Shown: positions 18,003-27,468 of the stretch, one piece after another
Layout: each line of letters starts with the position of its first letter
Position numbering within the stretch: position 1 is the first letter of the stretch
The notes under the pieces: model-generated
Seen by the model: only the letters and a program-made list of their open reading frames with translations
The model's database searches: none
Told to the model about the DNA's origin: nothing
Made by a program: the position numbers and the translations under genes
Assembly (NCBI GenBank): GCA_965204575.1
Contig: OZ241993.1
Location: 1,241,674-1,305,673, forward strand
Direction: 5' to 3'
Source: an uncultured candidatus Porisulfidus sp.
Lineage (GTDB): Bacteria; Pseudomonadota; Gammaproteobacteria; Poriferisulfidales; Poriferisulfidaceae
Length of the DNA stretch: 64,000 nucleotides

Positions 18003-18995
18003 CTACGTGAACGCGGTGAAAATCGCCCTCTCCGGGGCTGGAAACCCCTCGACGGTACGGGTCGAATCCTCCGGATTCAGAGAGTCCTGGAGTGAATGGA
18101 ACGGCATCCAGTCAGTCGTGCGTTGCTCTTCGACCGTGGTTGCGGCCCGGTTCGCGCAGCGGGGAGACTGGAAGCCGGCTTCGTCCAGCAGTCGAAGGAT
18201 GTGGTCGGGGTGCAGCAGGGCCCAGACGTTGCGCATATTGGCGTAGCGCCCCTCGATCGGGAGCATGCCGGACGCGGGCGTTTCCTCGCTGACCAGCGTC
18301 TCGAGCACCAGTTCGCCGCCCGGTTCCAGATACCGGCGGAGTTGCTGCAGGTGTTCCCGGGGATCCCGCCGGTGATGCAGCACGCCCATCGAGAAGATGC
18401 TGTCGAACGGGCCCTCGGGCAGGTCCTCGAACCGGGCCGGGATCATCCAGGCGGGAAGCTTAGGCGGCAAAAAGCGTGTCAACGCGGCGAACTGCCAGTT
18501 CGCGAGCCAGTTCGAATCCACGCCCAGGGCAAGGCGGGCACCGAGTCCGACCATACGCAGCAGGTAGTAGCCGTTGCCGCTCCCCACATCCAGGATCCGG
18601 CGTCCCTCCAGACCGGAAATATGGGGAAGGACGCGGTTCCATTTCATGAAACTCCGCCATTCCGCATCGACGGAGACGCCGAACACGGAAAAGGGGCCCT
18701 TGCGCCAGGGCACGAGTTCCCGAAGCCCGGAGGCCAGGCCGGCCTGCTGTTCGGCATCCATCTCTTCCGGCGCGCCGATCTCCGGCTGGTCGGCATTCAG
18801 TTCGACATGCCGGGCCTGGCACCGGGGCAGGGCGTGGACGGCCGCTTGCCAGCGCGGGAAATCCCCGTGTTCCGGATGTGCCCACCGCTGTGCGGAGAGA
18901 TCCAGCCATTCGCCCAGATCACACGACTGCAGGAGCTCGGTCAGTCCGGCGTCGCGTTCCGGCGTATGGCCAGCATGGAGGTGAAGTGAAGGCAT
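18003..18995 (-). CDS. cmoB: tRNA U34 carboxymethyltransferase
   Basis: WRKGPFSVFG, ILDVGSGNGYY, GGELVLETL. Start uncertain: the ATGs at 18995 and 19004 overlap the cmoA 3' end, and a CTG at 18941 abuts the cmoA stop. Confidence 0.8.
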   Translation of the reverse strand: MPSLHLHAGHTPERDAGLTELLQSCDLGEWLDLSAQRWAHPEHGDFPRWQAAVHALPRCQARHVELNADQPEIGAPEEMDAEQQAGLASGLRELVPWRKGPFSVFGVSVDAEWRSFMKWNRVLPHISGLEGRRILDVGSGNGYYLLRMVGLGARLALGVDSNWLANWQFAALTRFLPPKLPAWMIPARFEDLPEGPFDSIFSMGVLHHRRDPREHLQQLRRYLEPGGELVLETLVSEETPASGMLPIEGRYANMRNVWALLHPDHILRLLDEAGFQSPRCANRAATTVEEQRTTDWMPFHSLQDSLNPEDSTRTVEGFPAPERAIFTAFT

Positions 18996-19696
18996 TGGAA
19001 CCATACGGTAACGGGATCGAATCCGGCTGCCGCCAGGCGTTCGCGGTGGGCGGGCAGCGAGTCGCGCACCAGCACCCGCTCCAGGGCGGTGCGTTTCTGG
19101 CTGATTTCCAGTTCGCTGTAGCCCTGGGCGCGCTTGAAGTCCTCGTACCGCTTCTGGACGAGACTTTCCGCCGGTTCGTCGAACCGGATTTTTTCGGTCA
19201 GGATCAATGCCCCGCCCGGGCGCAGGGCTCGGGCGACCCGCTGCAGCAATGGCAAACGGTCTTCCGGCGGCAGGAATTGCAGGGTCAGGCTGAGGACGAC
19301 CACGTCGGCCGATTCCAGTTCGACTTTCCGGATATCTGCGCAGCGGTACCGCACGGGCAAGCCGGACACGTGGGGGCAACGCGCAATCATGTCCGGCGAT
19401 GAATCGATGGCCAGTATCGGATGCGTCGTACCCAGCCGCGTACTCAGCGCACGCGTTACGGTGCCAAGGGAACAACCCAGGTCGTAGCAGGTCGCGCCGG
19501 CCTGCGCGTACCTCCCGCCCAGCACGGCGGTGCCGTGGACGAGGCTGGCGTATCCCGGGACCGAGCGTTCGACCATGTCTTGGAAGACATCGGCAACCTC
19601 CGCATCGAAGCGGAATCGCTCCGCATCGCGGGGCGCGGCGTACAGCGAATCGGGAGCGAGGCCCGGGGATTCCGGCTCGGGCTCCTCCGGCGTCAT
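18941..19696 (-). CDS. cmoA: Carboxy-S-adenosyl-L-methionine synthase
   Basis: FDAEVADVFQDMVERSVPGY, CYDLGCSLG, LILTEKI. ATGA overlap with the upstream kinase gene. Confidence 0.85.
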   Translation of the reverse strand: MTPEEPEPESPGLAPDSLYAAPRDAERFRFDAEVADVFQDMVERSVPGYASLVHGTAVLGGRYAQAGATCYDLGCSLGTVTRALSTRLGTTHPILAIDSSPDMIARCPHVSGLPVRYRCADIRKVELESADVVVLSLTLQFLPPEDRLPLLQRVARALRPGGALILTEKIRFDEPAESLVQKRYEDFKRAQGYSELEISQKRTALERVLVRDSLPAHRERLAAAGFDPVTVWFQCLHFTSMLAIRRNATPD

Positions 19697-20955
19697 ACGG
19701 AGAAAGGCAGCAGTTTCTTCGGTACCGCGATGTTTTTCAGGGTCGCATATTCCGGCAATCCGCCCTTGAACGGGGGAGGGCTCTCGCCCCGGACCAGTGG
19801 CGCCAGGTAGGTCCGGCATCGGCCGGTGATGCGGAAACCGTTGCGGCTGATGTAGCTGCGCGGCATCTTCCGTTCGCGGTTGGCCACCCGGGACAGGGCG
19901 ACCTGCCCGATCTTCCAGCGGTACGGCCTGTTGGAGGTGCGCACGATGGTGGGCATGATCGCGGTTTGTCCGGCCAAGGCGAATCGGACCGCGGCGCGGC
20001 CGACCGCATAGGCCTGCCTCAGGTCGGTCTTCGAGGCGATGTGACGGGCTGAGCGCTGCAGGTAATCGGCCACGGCCCAGTGGTACTTGTAGCCCAGTTT
20101 CTCCTTGACCATCTGCGCGAGGATCACGGCGTTCCCGCCGAGCTGCGCATGGCCGAACACGTCCCGGGTGCCGGCTTCGGCCAGGAACTTCCCGTCCTTG
20201 GTGCGCACGCCTTCGGAGGCGACGATGGCGCAATACCCGAAACGCTTGACGCAATGGTCGACCCGGGCCAGAAAGACTTCGGGGTTGAACGGGATCTCCG
20301 GAAACAGGATCAGGTGCGGAGGCTCGGAGGGAGATCGCGAGGCCAGGCCGCCGGCCGCGGCGATCCAACCCGCGTGACGCCCCATCACCTCCAGGATGAA
20401 GACCTTGGTCGACGTAGCCGCCATGCAGGCGACGTCCAGTCCTGCTTCACGGATCGAAGTGGCCACGTACTTCGCGACCGAGCCGAACCCCGGGCAGTTG
20501 TCGGTGACCGGCAGGTCGTTGTCGACGGTCTTCGGGATGCCGATGCAGCGGATGGGGTAGCCGAGCCGGTCGGCGAGCTGGGAGACCTTCCACGCGGTGT
20601 CCTGCGAGTCCCCGCCGCCGTTGTAGAAGAAGTAGCCGATGTCGTGCGCGCTGAACACCTCGATCAGGCGTTCGTACTGGGCCTGGTTCTCCTCCAGTCC
20701 CTTGAGCTTGTAGCGGCAGGAGCCGAATGCGGCGCCGGGGGTGTGGCGCAGTGCGGCGATGGTGCGGGCGGTTTCGCGGTGGGTGTCGATCAGATCCTCG
20801 GTCAGTGCGCCGAGGATGCCGTTGCGCCCGGCATAGACCCGGCCGATGCGCGAGCGGTTCGCCCGGGCCGTCTCGATCACGCCGCAGGCCGAGGCGTTGA
20901 TGACCGAGGTCGGCCCGCCGGACTGGGCATAGAAGGCGTTGCGGCGCGTGGTCAC
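19693..20955 (-). CDS. 6-phosphofructokinase, PfkA family (long form, possibly PPi-dependent)
   Basis: NAFYAQSGGPTSVINAS, NGGGDS, IGIPKTVDNDL, EVMGRHAGW. GTG start at 20955 chosen so the gene does not overlap the antiporter gene. Phosphoryl donor cannot be decided by eye. Confidence 0.8.
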   Translation of the reverse strand: MTTRRNAFYAQSGGPTSVINASACGVIETARANRSRIGRVYAGRNGILGALTEDLIDTHRETARTIAALRHTPGAAFGSCRYKLKGLEENQAQYERLIEVFSAHDIGYFFYNGGGDSQDTAWKVSQLADRLGYPIRCIGIPKTVDNDLPVTDNCPGFGSVAKYVATSIREAGLDVACMAATSTKVFILEVMGRHAGWIAAAGGLASRSPSEPPHLILFPEIPFNPEVFLARVDHCVKRFGYCAIVASEGVRTKDGKFLAEAGTRDVFGHAQLGGNAVILAQMVKEKLGYKYHWAVADYLQRSARHIASKTDLRQAYAVGRAAVRFALAGQTAIMPTIVRTSNRPYRWKIGQVALSRVANRERKMPRSYISRNGFRITGRCRTYLAPLVRGESPPPFKGGLPEYATLKNIAVPKKLLPFSV

Positions 20956-20971
20956 GATGGGGCGGGATGCG

Positions 20972-22150
20972 CTACAACTGGCGCAGTTCGTCCGACACGG
21001 CCATCGGCGACGGATAGAACATGACAATCCAGTAGGAAGAGATGATGAACGTGAACAGGGTGGTGGTCTGGATGACGTAGGAGGCGTTCTCGCTGATGAC
21101 GCCGCCGGCCAGCGCCAGCACCGCGATCAGCAGGGAGAACTCGCTGACGTTCGCCAGTCGCACGCCGACCGCGTGGGCGCGCTTCGTCTTCTCCCCTGCC
21201 CGGACCAGCAGGGCGCGGAACATCCAAGGCTTGCTGGCCATCACGAACGCGGTCAACAGCACCGCCGGGATCAGCACGTCCATCAGGATGTGCCAGTTGT
21301 ATCCGGCGCCGACGGCGAAGAAGAAAATGACCAGGAAGAAGTCGCGCAGGGGCTTGAGCACTTCCGCCACGAATTTCGCGATCGGGCTCGAGGCCACCGC
21401 GACCCCGGCGATGAACGCGCCGGTTTCCGCCGACAGGCCGAGCACGGCGGCGAGTTCCGCCACGCCCAGGCACCAGCCGATGACCAGTAGGAAAATATAT
21501 TCCTGGATCTGGTCGAAACGGGCGAACAGCGGAGTGAGCACGTAGCGCTGGAACAGCAGTGCGAATGCGGCGAGCAGGGGCAGGCTCAGGAGTACAAAGA
21601 GGATTTCCCATGCGCCGGTGCCGGCTCCTCCACCGCCGGAGGACATCAGCTCGATCAGGATCAGGATGATGATGGCGAGCAGGTCCTGCAGGAGCAGGAT
21701 GCTGATCATCAGTTCGCCCGTGATCTGGTGGTGCAGGACTGTGGTCGGCAGGAGTTTCAGTCCGATGATGGTGCTGGAGAACATCATGGCGGCGCCGATG
21801 AAGGCGCAGTCGAGCAGGGAGAAGCCGAGCGCGTAGCAGATCGCGCCGCCGCCCACCGCGAAGAACCCGGAGGTGGCGCCGGTGATGACGGCGGTCTTGC
21901 GGAACAGGTGCAGCAGTTTCTGCGGTTCCAGGTTGAGGCCCAGCAGGAACAGCAGGAACATGATGCCGATGTGCGCCACGTTCTCGACCATTTGCGTGTC
22001 CGCCACCAGCCCTGCGCCGAACGGCCCCACAATCAGGCCGAGCAGGATGTACGCGATCAGCATCGTCTGACGCGCAAACAGGGAGAGGGTGGCCAGAACG
22101 GCCGCGCCCGTGAAAATCAAGAAGATCGTAAAGACGACGTCGGTAGTCAC
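20972..22150 (-). CDS. Cation:proton antiporter (CPA2 / Na_H_Exchanger family)
   Basis: 392 aa, hydrophobic throughout with about 11-13 predicted TM helices. Kef-type membrane domain pattern without a KTN domain. Confidence 0.75.
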   Translation of the reverse strand: MTTDVVFTIFLIFTGAAVLATLSLFARQTMLIAYILLGLIVGPFGAGLVADTQMVENVAHIGIMFLLFLLGLNLEPQKLLHLFRKTAVITGATSGFFAVGGGAICYALGFSLLDCAFIGAAMMFSSTIIGLKLLPTTVLHHQITGELMISILLLQDLLAIIILILIELMSSGGGGAGTGAWEILFVLLSLPLLAAFALLFQRYVLTPLFARFDQIQEYIFLLVIGWCLGVAELAAVLGLSAETGAFIAGVAVASSPIAKFVAEVLKPLRDFFLVIFFFAVGAGYNWHILMDVLIPAVLLTAFVMASKPWMFRALLVRAGEKTKRAHAVGVRLANVSEFSLLIAVLALAGGVISENASYVIQTTTLFTFIISSYWIVMFYPSPMAVSDELRQL

Positions 22151-22264
22151 GGATTTGTTTTTATATTGCCGGGCGACCGCATTTTAGCAGTAGGGGGGCA
22201 TGAGATGAATGTCGGAGTATGATTATCTGACGCTTAGGAATGATTTGCTTGGCTTGTCACGATA

Positions 22265-23452
22265 ATGCCGCCCAAACGAAGGTTCTATTCTGGCAAGAAT
22301 TACAGGCGAGCCTGTTCAGTCGAGGAACTGCGAGAGATTGCGTACCGACGCACGCCGTACTTCGCGATGGAGTATGTCGAGGGTGGCGCGGAAGACGAAA
22401 GGTCTCTCACGCGCAACCGGGAAGTCTTGCGCGACATCCATTTCGTGCCGAACGTGCTGGTCGACACCAGCGGTCGACACCAGCGAATCAATTTGTTCGG
22501 GAGGGAATCCGACTCCCCCCTCGCCATTTGCCCCACCGGCCTCAACGGCATGCTGTGTCGCGATGCGGACGTGGCTTTGGCGCGGGCGGCGGAGAAACAC
22601 GGCATCCCGTTCTGCCTGGGGACGCTCTCGACGACCCGCCTGGAACGAGTTGCGCAGGAAGCCCATGGACGGCTGTGGATGCAGTTGTACGCCATGACCC
22701 AGCGCGAGATCACGCAGGATATCCTGAACCGCGCGGAAGAGGCCGGATATGAGGCACTGGTGTTCACCGTGGATTCCAACGTCTTCGGGAACCGGGAATG
22801 GGACCGCCGCAGTTACCGTGCCCCGGCGAAACTGACCTTGCGTAACATGCTGGATGTGGCGCGGCACCCCCGGTGGGTGTGGGACGTCTTGGTCCCGCAC
22901 GGCATCCCTCGCTTCGAGAACATCGTGGATTTCATGCCGCCGGAGGCGAAAAGCGCGGATGCAGGGGTGGCAATCGTGACCAAGCTGTTTGCACCCGACA
23001 TCACCTGGAAGGACGTGGAGTGGCTGCGCAGGAAATGGCCGCGGAAACTCATCGTCAAGGGCATCTTGTCCCCTGCAGATGCAGTCCGGGCCGTCGAGGC
23101 CGGCTGCGATGGCCTCGTCGTCAGCAATCATGGGGGGCGGCAACTGGACAGCAGTATCTCGTCCATCGAGGCGCTTCCCGGCATTGCAGCGCAAGTGGGT
23201 GGGAAGGCGGCGATTCTCGTGGACAGCGGCTTCCGGCGTGGCACGGATATCGTGAAGGCGCTGGCGTTGGGCGCGGACACGGTCATGGTCGGGCGCGCCA
23301 CGCTGTTCGGCTTGGCGGCCGGCGGGGAGACTGGAGCCGGCTACGCGCTTTCGATCTTGGCCGAGGAAATCGACCGCACGCTGGGCCAACTGGGATGCCG
23401 CTCGGTCTCCGAACTCGGCCCGCATCTTCTGAAGTGTCCATTCGAGGTCTGA
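22265..23452 (+). CDS. FMN-dependent alpha-hydroxy acid dehydrogenase/oxidase (LldD/glycolate oxidase family)
   Basis: Active-site region VVSNHGGRQLD and DSGFRRGTDIVKALALGA. 395 aa. Confidence 0.85.
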   Translation: MPPKRRFYSGKNYRRACSVEELREIAYRRTPYFAMEYVEGGAEDERSLTRNREVLRDIHFVPNVLVDTSGRHQRINLFGRESDSPLAICPTGLNGMLCRDADVALARAAEKHGIPFCLGTLSTTRLERVAQEAHGRLWMQLYAMTQREITQDILNRAEEAGYEALVFTVDSNVFGNREWDRRSYRAPAKLTLRNMLDVARHPRWVWDVLVPHGIPRFENIVDFMPPEAKSADAGVAIVTKLFAPDITWKDVEWLRRKWPRKLIVKGILSPADAVRAVEAGCDGLVVSNHGGRQLDSSISSIEALPGIAAQVGGKAAILVDSGFRRGTDIVKALALGADTVMVGRATLFGLAAGGETGAGYALSILAEEIDRTLGQLGCRSVSELGPHLLKCPFEV

Positions 23453-23459
23453 GAGCGGC

Positions 23460-24020
23460 ATGCATATCGATACCGGGAGCGGACGTCTTCGCGAGGCACG
23501 GCAAGTGGAATCGCCGAACCGTGACGGTCGGCCGGAGGGTTGCGGCATCGACTTGGTGGTCATTCACGGCATCAGCCTCCCGCCGGGGGAGTTCGGCTCG
23601 GACGACATCGAGCGCCTGTTCACGAACACGCTGGACCCGGATGCCCATCCATTCTTCCGGGAAATTAAGGATCTGCGCGTGTCGGCGCACCTGCTGGTCC
23701 GCCGCGACGGGGAACTGGTGCAGTTCGTGCCGTTCCATGAACGCGCCTGGCATGCCGGGGAATCTCGCTTCGAGGGGCGGGAGCAGTGCAACGACTTTTC
23801 AATCGGCATCGAATTGGAAGGCACGGACGAGCAGCCGTACGAAACGGTGCAGGTCGAAACACTGGCCGAAGTGATCCGGGCTTTATGCGAGGCGTATCCC
23901 GGGCTGACCCCGGAGAGGGTGGTGGGGCACAGCGACGTTTCACCAGAACGCAAGACCGACCCGGGGCCGTATTTCGACTGGGACGGTCTTCGGGCCTTGC
24001 TAGCCGGCTCTGGGCTTTAA
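23460..24020 (+). CDS. ampD: 1,6-anhydro-N-acetylmuramyl-L-alanine amidase
   Basis: Amidase_2 pattern: [56 protein letters not shown]. Confidence 0.9.
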   Translation: MHIDTGSGRLREARQVESPNRDGRPEGCGIDLVVIHGISLPPGEFGSDDIERLFTNTLDPDAHPFFREIKDLRVSAHLLVRRDGELVQFVPFHERAWHAGESRFEGREQCNDFSIGIELEGTDEQPYETVQVETLAEVIRALCEAYPGLTPERVVGHSDVSPERKTDPGPYFDWDGLRALLAGSGL

Positions 24021-24398
24021 CCGTAGCGAGACGGAGTTGATGCAGTAGCGCAGGCCGCCGGGCGCCGGGCCGTCCGGAAAGACATGGCCCAGATGCGCGT
24101 CGCAACGCGCGCACAGGATTTCGGTGCGGATCATGCCGTAGCTCGAGTCCGTCTGCTCATCCAGGCATTGTGTATCGACAGGCCGGGTGAAGCTTGGCCA
24201 GCCCGTCCCGGAGTCGAACTTGTCCTGCGAGTCGAACAGGGGCTGCCCGCAGCAGGCGCAGAGATACACGCCGTCTTCCTTGCAGTTCCAGTAGTCTCCC
24301 TGGAAGGGGCGCTCGGTGCCCTTGCGGCGGCATACGGCGAACTGCTCGGTGCTTAATTCCGCTCGCCATTCGGCCTCGCTGCGTTGCAGTTTCTCCAT
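24000..24398 (-). CDS. msrB: Peptide-methionine (R)-S-oxide reductase
   Basis: Zn CxxC pairs ([21 protein letters not shown]) and catalytic RYCINS. Convergent 21-nt overlap with ampD. Confidence 0.9.
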   Translation of the reverse strand: MEKLQRSEAEWRAELSTEQFAVCRRKGTERPFQGDYWNCKEDGVYLCACCGQPLFDSQDKFDSGTGWPSFTRPVDTQCLDEQTDSSYGMIRTEILCARCDAHLGHVFPDGPAPGGLRYCINSVSLRLKPRAG

Positions 24399-24502
24399 TT
24401 CGCCACTATACCGGATGCGAAAGCGACCGGGGAGTCACGGACACCTCTTGCGGTACAATGTCGCCTGTTCCGACCTACGCACCAATAGATGAGGAGAACG
24501 CT

Positions 24503-24583
24503 ATGAGTGGATGGGCTTGGATGGCGATCGGCGCCACCGTCCTTGCCGTGGTGATCATGCAGATCGCCATGCGTATCAAGTAA
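24503..24583 (+). CDS. Candidate 26-aa single-TM micropeptide
   Basis: MSGWAWMAIGATVLAVVIMQIAMRIK. GAGGAG lies 6 nt upstream of the ATG. Below the ORF-track cutoff as an independent ORF. Confidence 0.35.
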   Translation: MSGWAWMAIGATVLAVVIMQIAMRIK

Positions 24584-24667
24584 CCCGGCTGAGATTCAGC
24601 CGCCTCCACGAAAGGACGTGGTCATGCGTCCTTTCCATATGGGTCCCGCGAAAACCCCAAGGCTGTC

Positions 24668-26242
24668 ATGCCTTTGAACGCTTCCCTTTTTCAGCAACGC
24701 CTAGAAGCATGGCGCCGGTCGTCCGACCGCCACATTTTCCGCGACATCCGGATCGGGCTCGAACGGGAAGCCCTGCGCGTGGACGCGGAGGCGGGCCTGA
24801 GCCACGCATCTCACCCCGCAGCCTTGGGGTCGCCGCTGACTCACCCGCACATCACCACGGACTACTCGGAGGTGATGATCGAACTGGTCACGCCACCGGA
24901 CACCCTGGAGGCATCCTATGCGTTCCTGGAGGATCTGCATCGCTACGTTCACGAACACCTGGGGGAAGAGCGGCTGTGGTGCGGAAGCATGCCCTGCGTC
25001 ATCGCCGGGGATCCAGACATCCCGCTGGCGTACTACGGGGAATCCAACCCCGGCCGCATGAAGACCATCTACCGGCGCGGGTTGGGCTATCGGTACACCC
25101 GCTCGATGCAGGTGATTTCGGGCGTGCACTTCAACTGTTCGATGCCGGCGGAATTCTGGCGTCAGGAACTCGGCGGACAACCCGACCCGGGCGGGATTTC
25201 CGAGCGTTACTTCGACGCCTTGCGCAACCTGCTGCGGTTCGGCTGGCTCATCGCGTACTTGTTCGGCGCATCGCCCGCGATCTGCCGATCCTTCGTCCTC
25301 CAGAAACATGAAAGCCTCGACCTGTTCACTCCCGGCACCTACTACGGCCCTGACGCGACTTCACTGCGCCAAGGCAGCATCGGCTACCAGAACAGCCAGG
25401 AGGCCAGCACCGGCGTGCATGCCGACTACAACAGCCGGGCCGGCTATACCGAATCCCTGCGGGAGGCAACGGCCACGCCGTGTCCCCAGTACCAGGAGAT
25501 CGGCGTCCGGCGCGATGGGGAGTACCTGCAGTTGAACGCCAACCAGTTGCAGATCGAAAACGAATACTACAGTCCGGTCCGCCCCAAATGCGTCCCGCAG
25601 GGCAATGAAAAACCGAGCCGGGGCCTGCGGCAGAGGGGCGTGGAATACCTGGAGCTCCGGTCGCTAGACATCGATCCGTTCGAGCCCTGCGGCATCGGGC
25701 CGGACGCGATGCGTTTCCTCACCGCCCTGGTGGTGTATTGTTTGCTGGACGACAGCCCCAAAATGTCCATGTCCGAACAGGCCGACGCCGACTACAACAT
25801 GCAGCAGGTCGCGCACCTCGGGCGGGATCTGGAAGTGACCCTGCGGCGCGGGAAGGCGGTCTCCTTGCGGGACTGGGCGGACGATCTGCTGGCAGACATC
25901 CGGCCGGTCTGCGAACTTTTGGACGAAGCGCACGGACAGACGATATTCCGGCAGGCTTGGGAGGTACAGGAAGCCAAGTTGCGGGACCCGGCACGGACGC
26001 CTTCGGGGCGCATGGTGTCGCAAATGGGCGAATCCGGGGACGCTTACGTGGAATGGGTGCTGAAACGTTCGCAGGAACACCGGGAATTCTTCGGGAACCG
26101 GCCGCCCGACCCGGAACTTCGCGCCCGCTTCGACCGGGTTGCCGAACAGTCCCGGCAGCAGCAGCAGGCCATCGAGGAAGCGGAGCGGGAATTCCCCCTG
26201 TCCTTCGAGGATTATCTGGCCGCTTACGAGGCCCAGGCGTGA
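24668..26242 (+). CDS. gshA: Glutamate-cysteine ligase (proteobacterial type)
   Basis: 524 aa. RIGLEREALRV, ELVTPP, GVHFN pattern typical of GshA. Confidence 0.9.
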   Translation: MPLNASLFQQRLEAWRRSSDRHIFRDIRIGLEREALRVDAEAGLSHASHPAALGSPLTHPHITTDYSEVMIELVTPPDTLEASYAFLEDLHRYVHEHLGEERLWCGSMPCVIAGDPDIPLAYYGESNPGRMKTIYRRGLGYRYTRSMQVISGVHFNCSMPAEFWRQELGGQPDPGGISERYFDALRNLLRFGWLIAYLFGASPAICRSFVLQKHESLDLFTPGTYYGPDATSLRQGSIGYQNSQEASTGVHADYNSRAGYTESLREATATPCPQYQEIGVRRDGEYLQLNANQLQIENEYYSPVRPKCVPQGNEKPSRGLRQRGVEYLELRSLDIDPFEPCGIGPDAMRFLTALVVYCLLDDSPKMSMSEQADADYNMQQVAHLGRDLEVTLRRGKAVSLRDWADDLLADIRPVCELLDEAHGQTIFRQAWEVQEAKLRDPARTPSGRMVSQMGESGDAYVEWVLKRSQEHREFFGNRPPDPELRARFDRVAEQSRQQQQAIEEAEREFPLSFEDYLAAYEAQA

Positions 26243-26631
26243 GTTATCGCATCCTGGATCCGCGAAACCTGCAGATCGACCGGGTCGACCAGGATGCGCA
26301 GCGGCTGGCACTTCGTTTCCTTGAGGCGAACATCGAGAAGATCATGGACAACGCCGAGCAACGTACCTTGTGGACGCAAGCGGGGTCTATTGAGATGTGG
26401 GATCCGAAGCTTTCGGCCGAGCTCCCGGCCGCGCCGTTCCAGGTCGTGCATGCGGACTTGGAAGACGGCCTGTATACCCAGCGTGACATGATCCGCATCC
26501 CGTCGGATGTGTCGGGAGAGATCATCCTGTCCCTGTGGCTTGAAGACCGGGACGAGCCGCTGCGCCTGCAAGGCTCGCGGATGTGCCTGTCCCTGGACGG
26601 CAACCCCCGCTACGTGCGGCATTTGGACTAG
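26239..26631 (+). CDS. Hypothetical protein (130 aa) translationally coupled to gshA
   Basis: GTG at 26239 overlaps the gshA TGA (GTGA). Acidic soluble protein. No family recognised. Confidence 0.45.
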   Translation: MSYRILDPRNLQIDRVDQDAQRLALRFLEANIEKIMDNAEQRTLWTQAGSIEMWDPKLSAELPAAPFQVVHADLEDGLYTQRDMIRIPSDVSGEIILSLWLEDRDEPLRLQGSRMCLSLDGNPRYVRHLD

Positions 26632-26639
26632 GGGCGGCC

Positions 26640-27467
26640 ATGCAGTTCTTCGGTTGCCTGTTCGCTCTGTTCTGGGGGGCGTCCTGCATGATGATCGGCG
26701 GCTGGCTGTTCGGCGGCTGGGGCATCATCCTGGGCGCGGCGGTCGCGGTGTTCACGATGGGCCGGACGACATGGGGCACGTTCGGCAGCGCGGGCGAAGG
26801 CGGCGTGTGGGACAACGACGACGAACTGATCCAGAGGCGGCAAGTCTTCTCGCGCATCGTGTTTCTGGTCAGCGGCCACATCGCCCAGGCGGACGGCCGG
26901 GTGACAGAACAGGAGATCCGGTGTGCCGAAGAACTCATCGAGGAGTTCGGCCTGAACCCGGAGCAACGCGGGCATGCCATGCATTACTTCAACCTTGGCA
27001 CCCGGCCGGGCTTCGACCTGGGCGGCAGCTTGCAGGAACTGGCAGGAGCCTGCCGGAGCGAGCCCTCGCTGATCGCGACCTTCATCGGGATCCAGGTCGC
27101 GATGGCGTGCGCGGATGGGGAACTTTCTCCATCGGAAGAGCAGATCATCTACACCTGCTGTACGGCGCTGGGATACCCGGAGAGCCGGGTACGGGCAATC
27201 ATCGACCAGTATCTCGGGCACGCCCGGCGCGCCGGTTCCGTGCCGGATGCCGCCGTGAACCTGGACTGGGCCTATGACGTGCTGGAGGTCGAGCCGTCCA
27301 TGCCGATGGAAGAGGTGCAGCGCGCTTACGCCCGGAAAATGAAAGACTTCCACCCGGACAAGCTGGCATCCAAGGGGCTGCCGAAGGAATTCATGGAATT
27401 CGCCACGGAACGGACCAAGCAGTTCACCAAGGCGTACCAGGCGATCAAGAAAGCGAAGGGGAAATGA
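26640..27467 (+). CDS. djlA: Co-chaperone DjlA (TM, TerB-like domain and J domain)
   Basis: N-terminal TM, then C-terminal J domain DWAYDVLEVEPSMPMEEVQRAYARKMKDFHPDK. Confidence 0.85.
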   Translation: MQFFGCLFALFWGASCMMIGGWLFGGWGIILGAAVAVFTMGRTTWGTFGSAGEGGVWDNDDELIQRRQVFSRIVFLVSGHIAQADGRVTEQEIRCAEELIEEFGLNPEQRGHAMHYFNLGTRPGFDLGGSLQELAGACRSEPSLIATFIGIQVAMACADGELSPSEEQIIYTCCTALGYPESRVRAIIDQYLGHARRAGSVPDAAVNLDWAYDVLEVEPSMPMEEVQRAYARKMKDFHPDKLASKGLPKEFMEFATERTKQFTKAYQAIKKAKGK

Positions 27468-27468
27468 C

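Noticed and set aside
18003-19475. 490-aa track ORF treated as a single gene (likewise 18941..20368 as a 475-aa gene)
   Set aside because: Only the C-terminal roughly 330 aa (CmoB) and 252 aa (CmoA) have family similarity. The N-terminal extensions run through the upstream genes in another frame.
24612-24637. Hairpin gaaaggacg-tggtcatg-cgtcctttc as an intrinsic terminator between the micropeptide ORF and gshA
   Set aside because: No U-tract follows on either strand. It may be an attenuator or processing structure, but the evidence is insufficient to call it.
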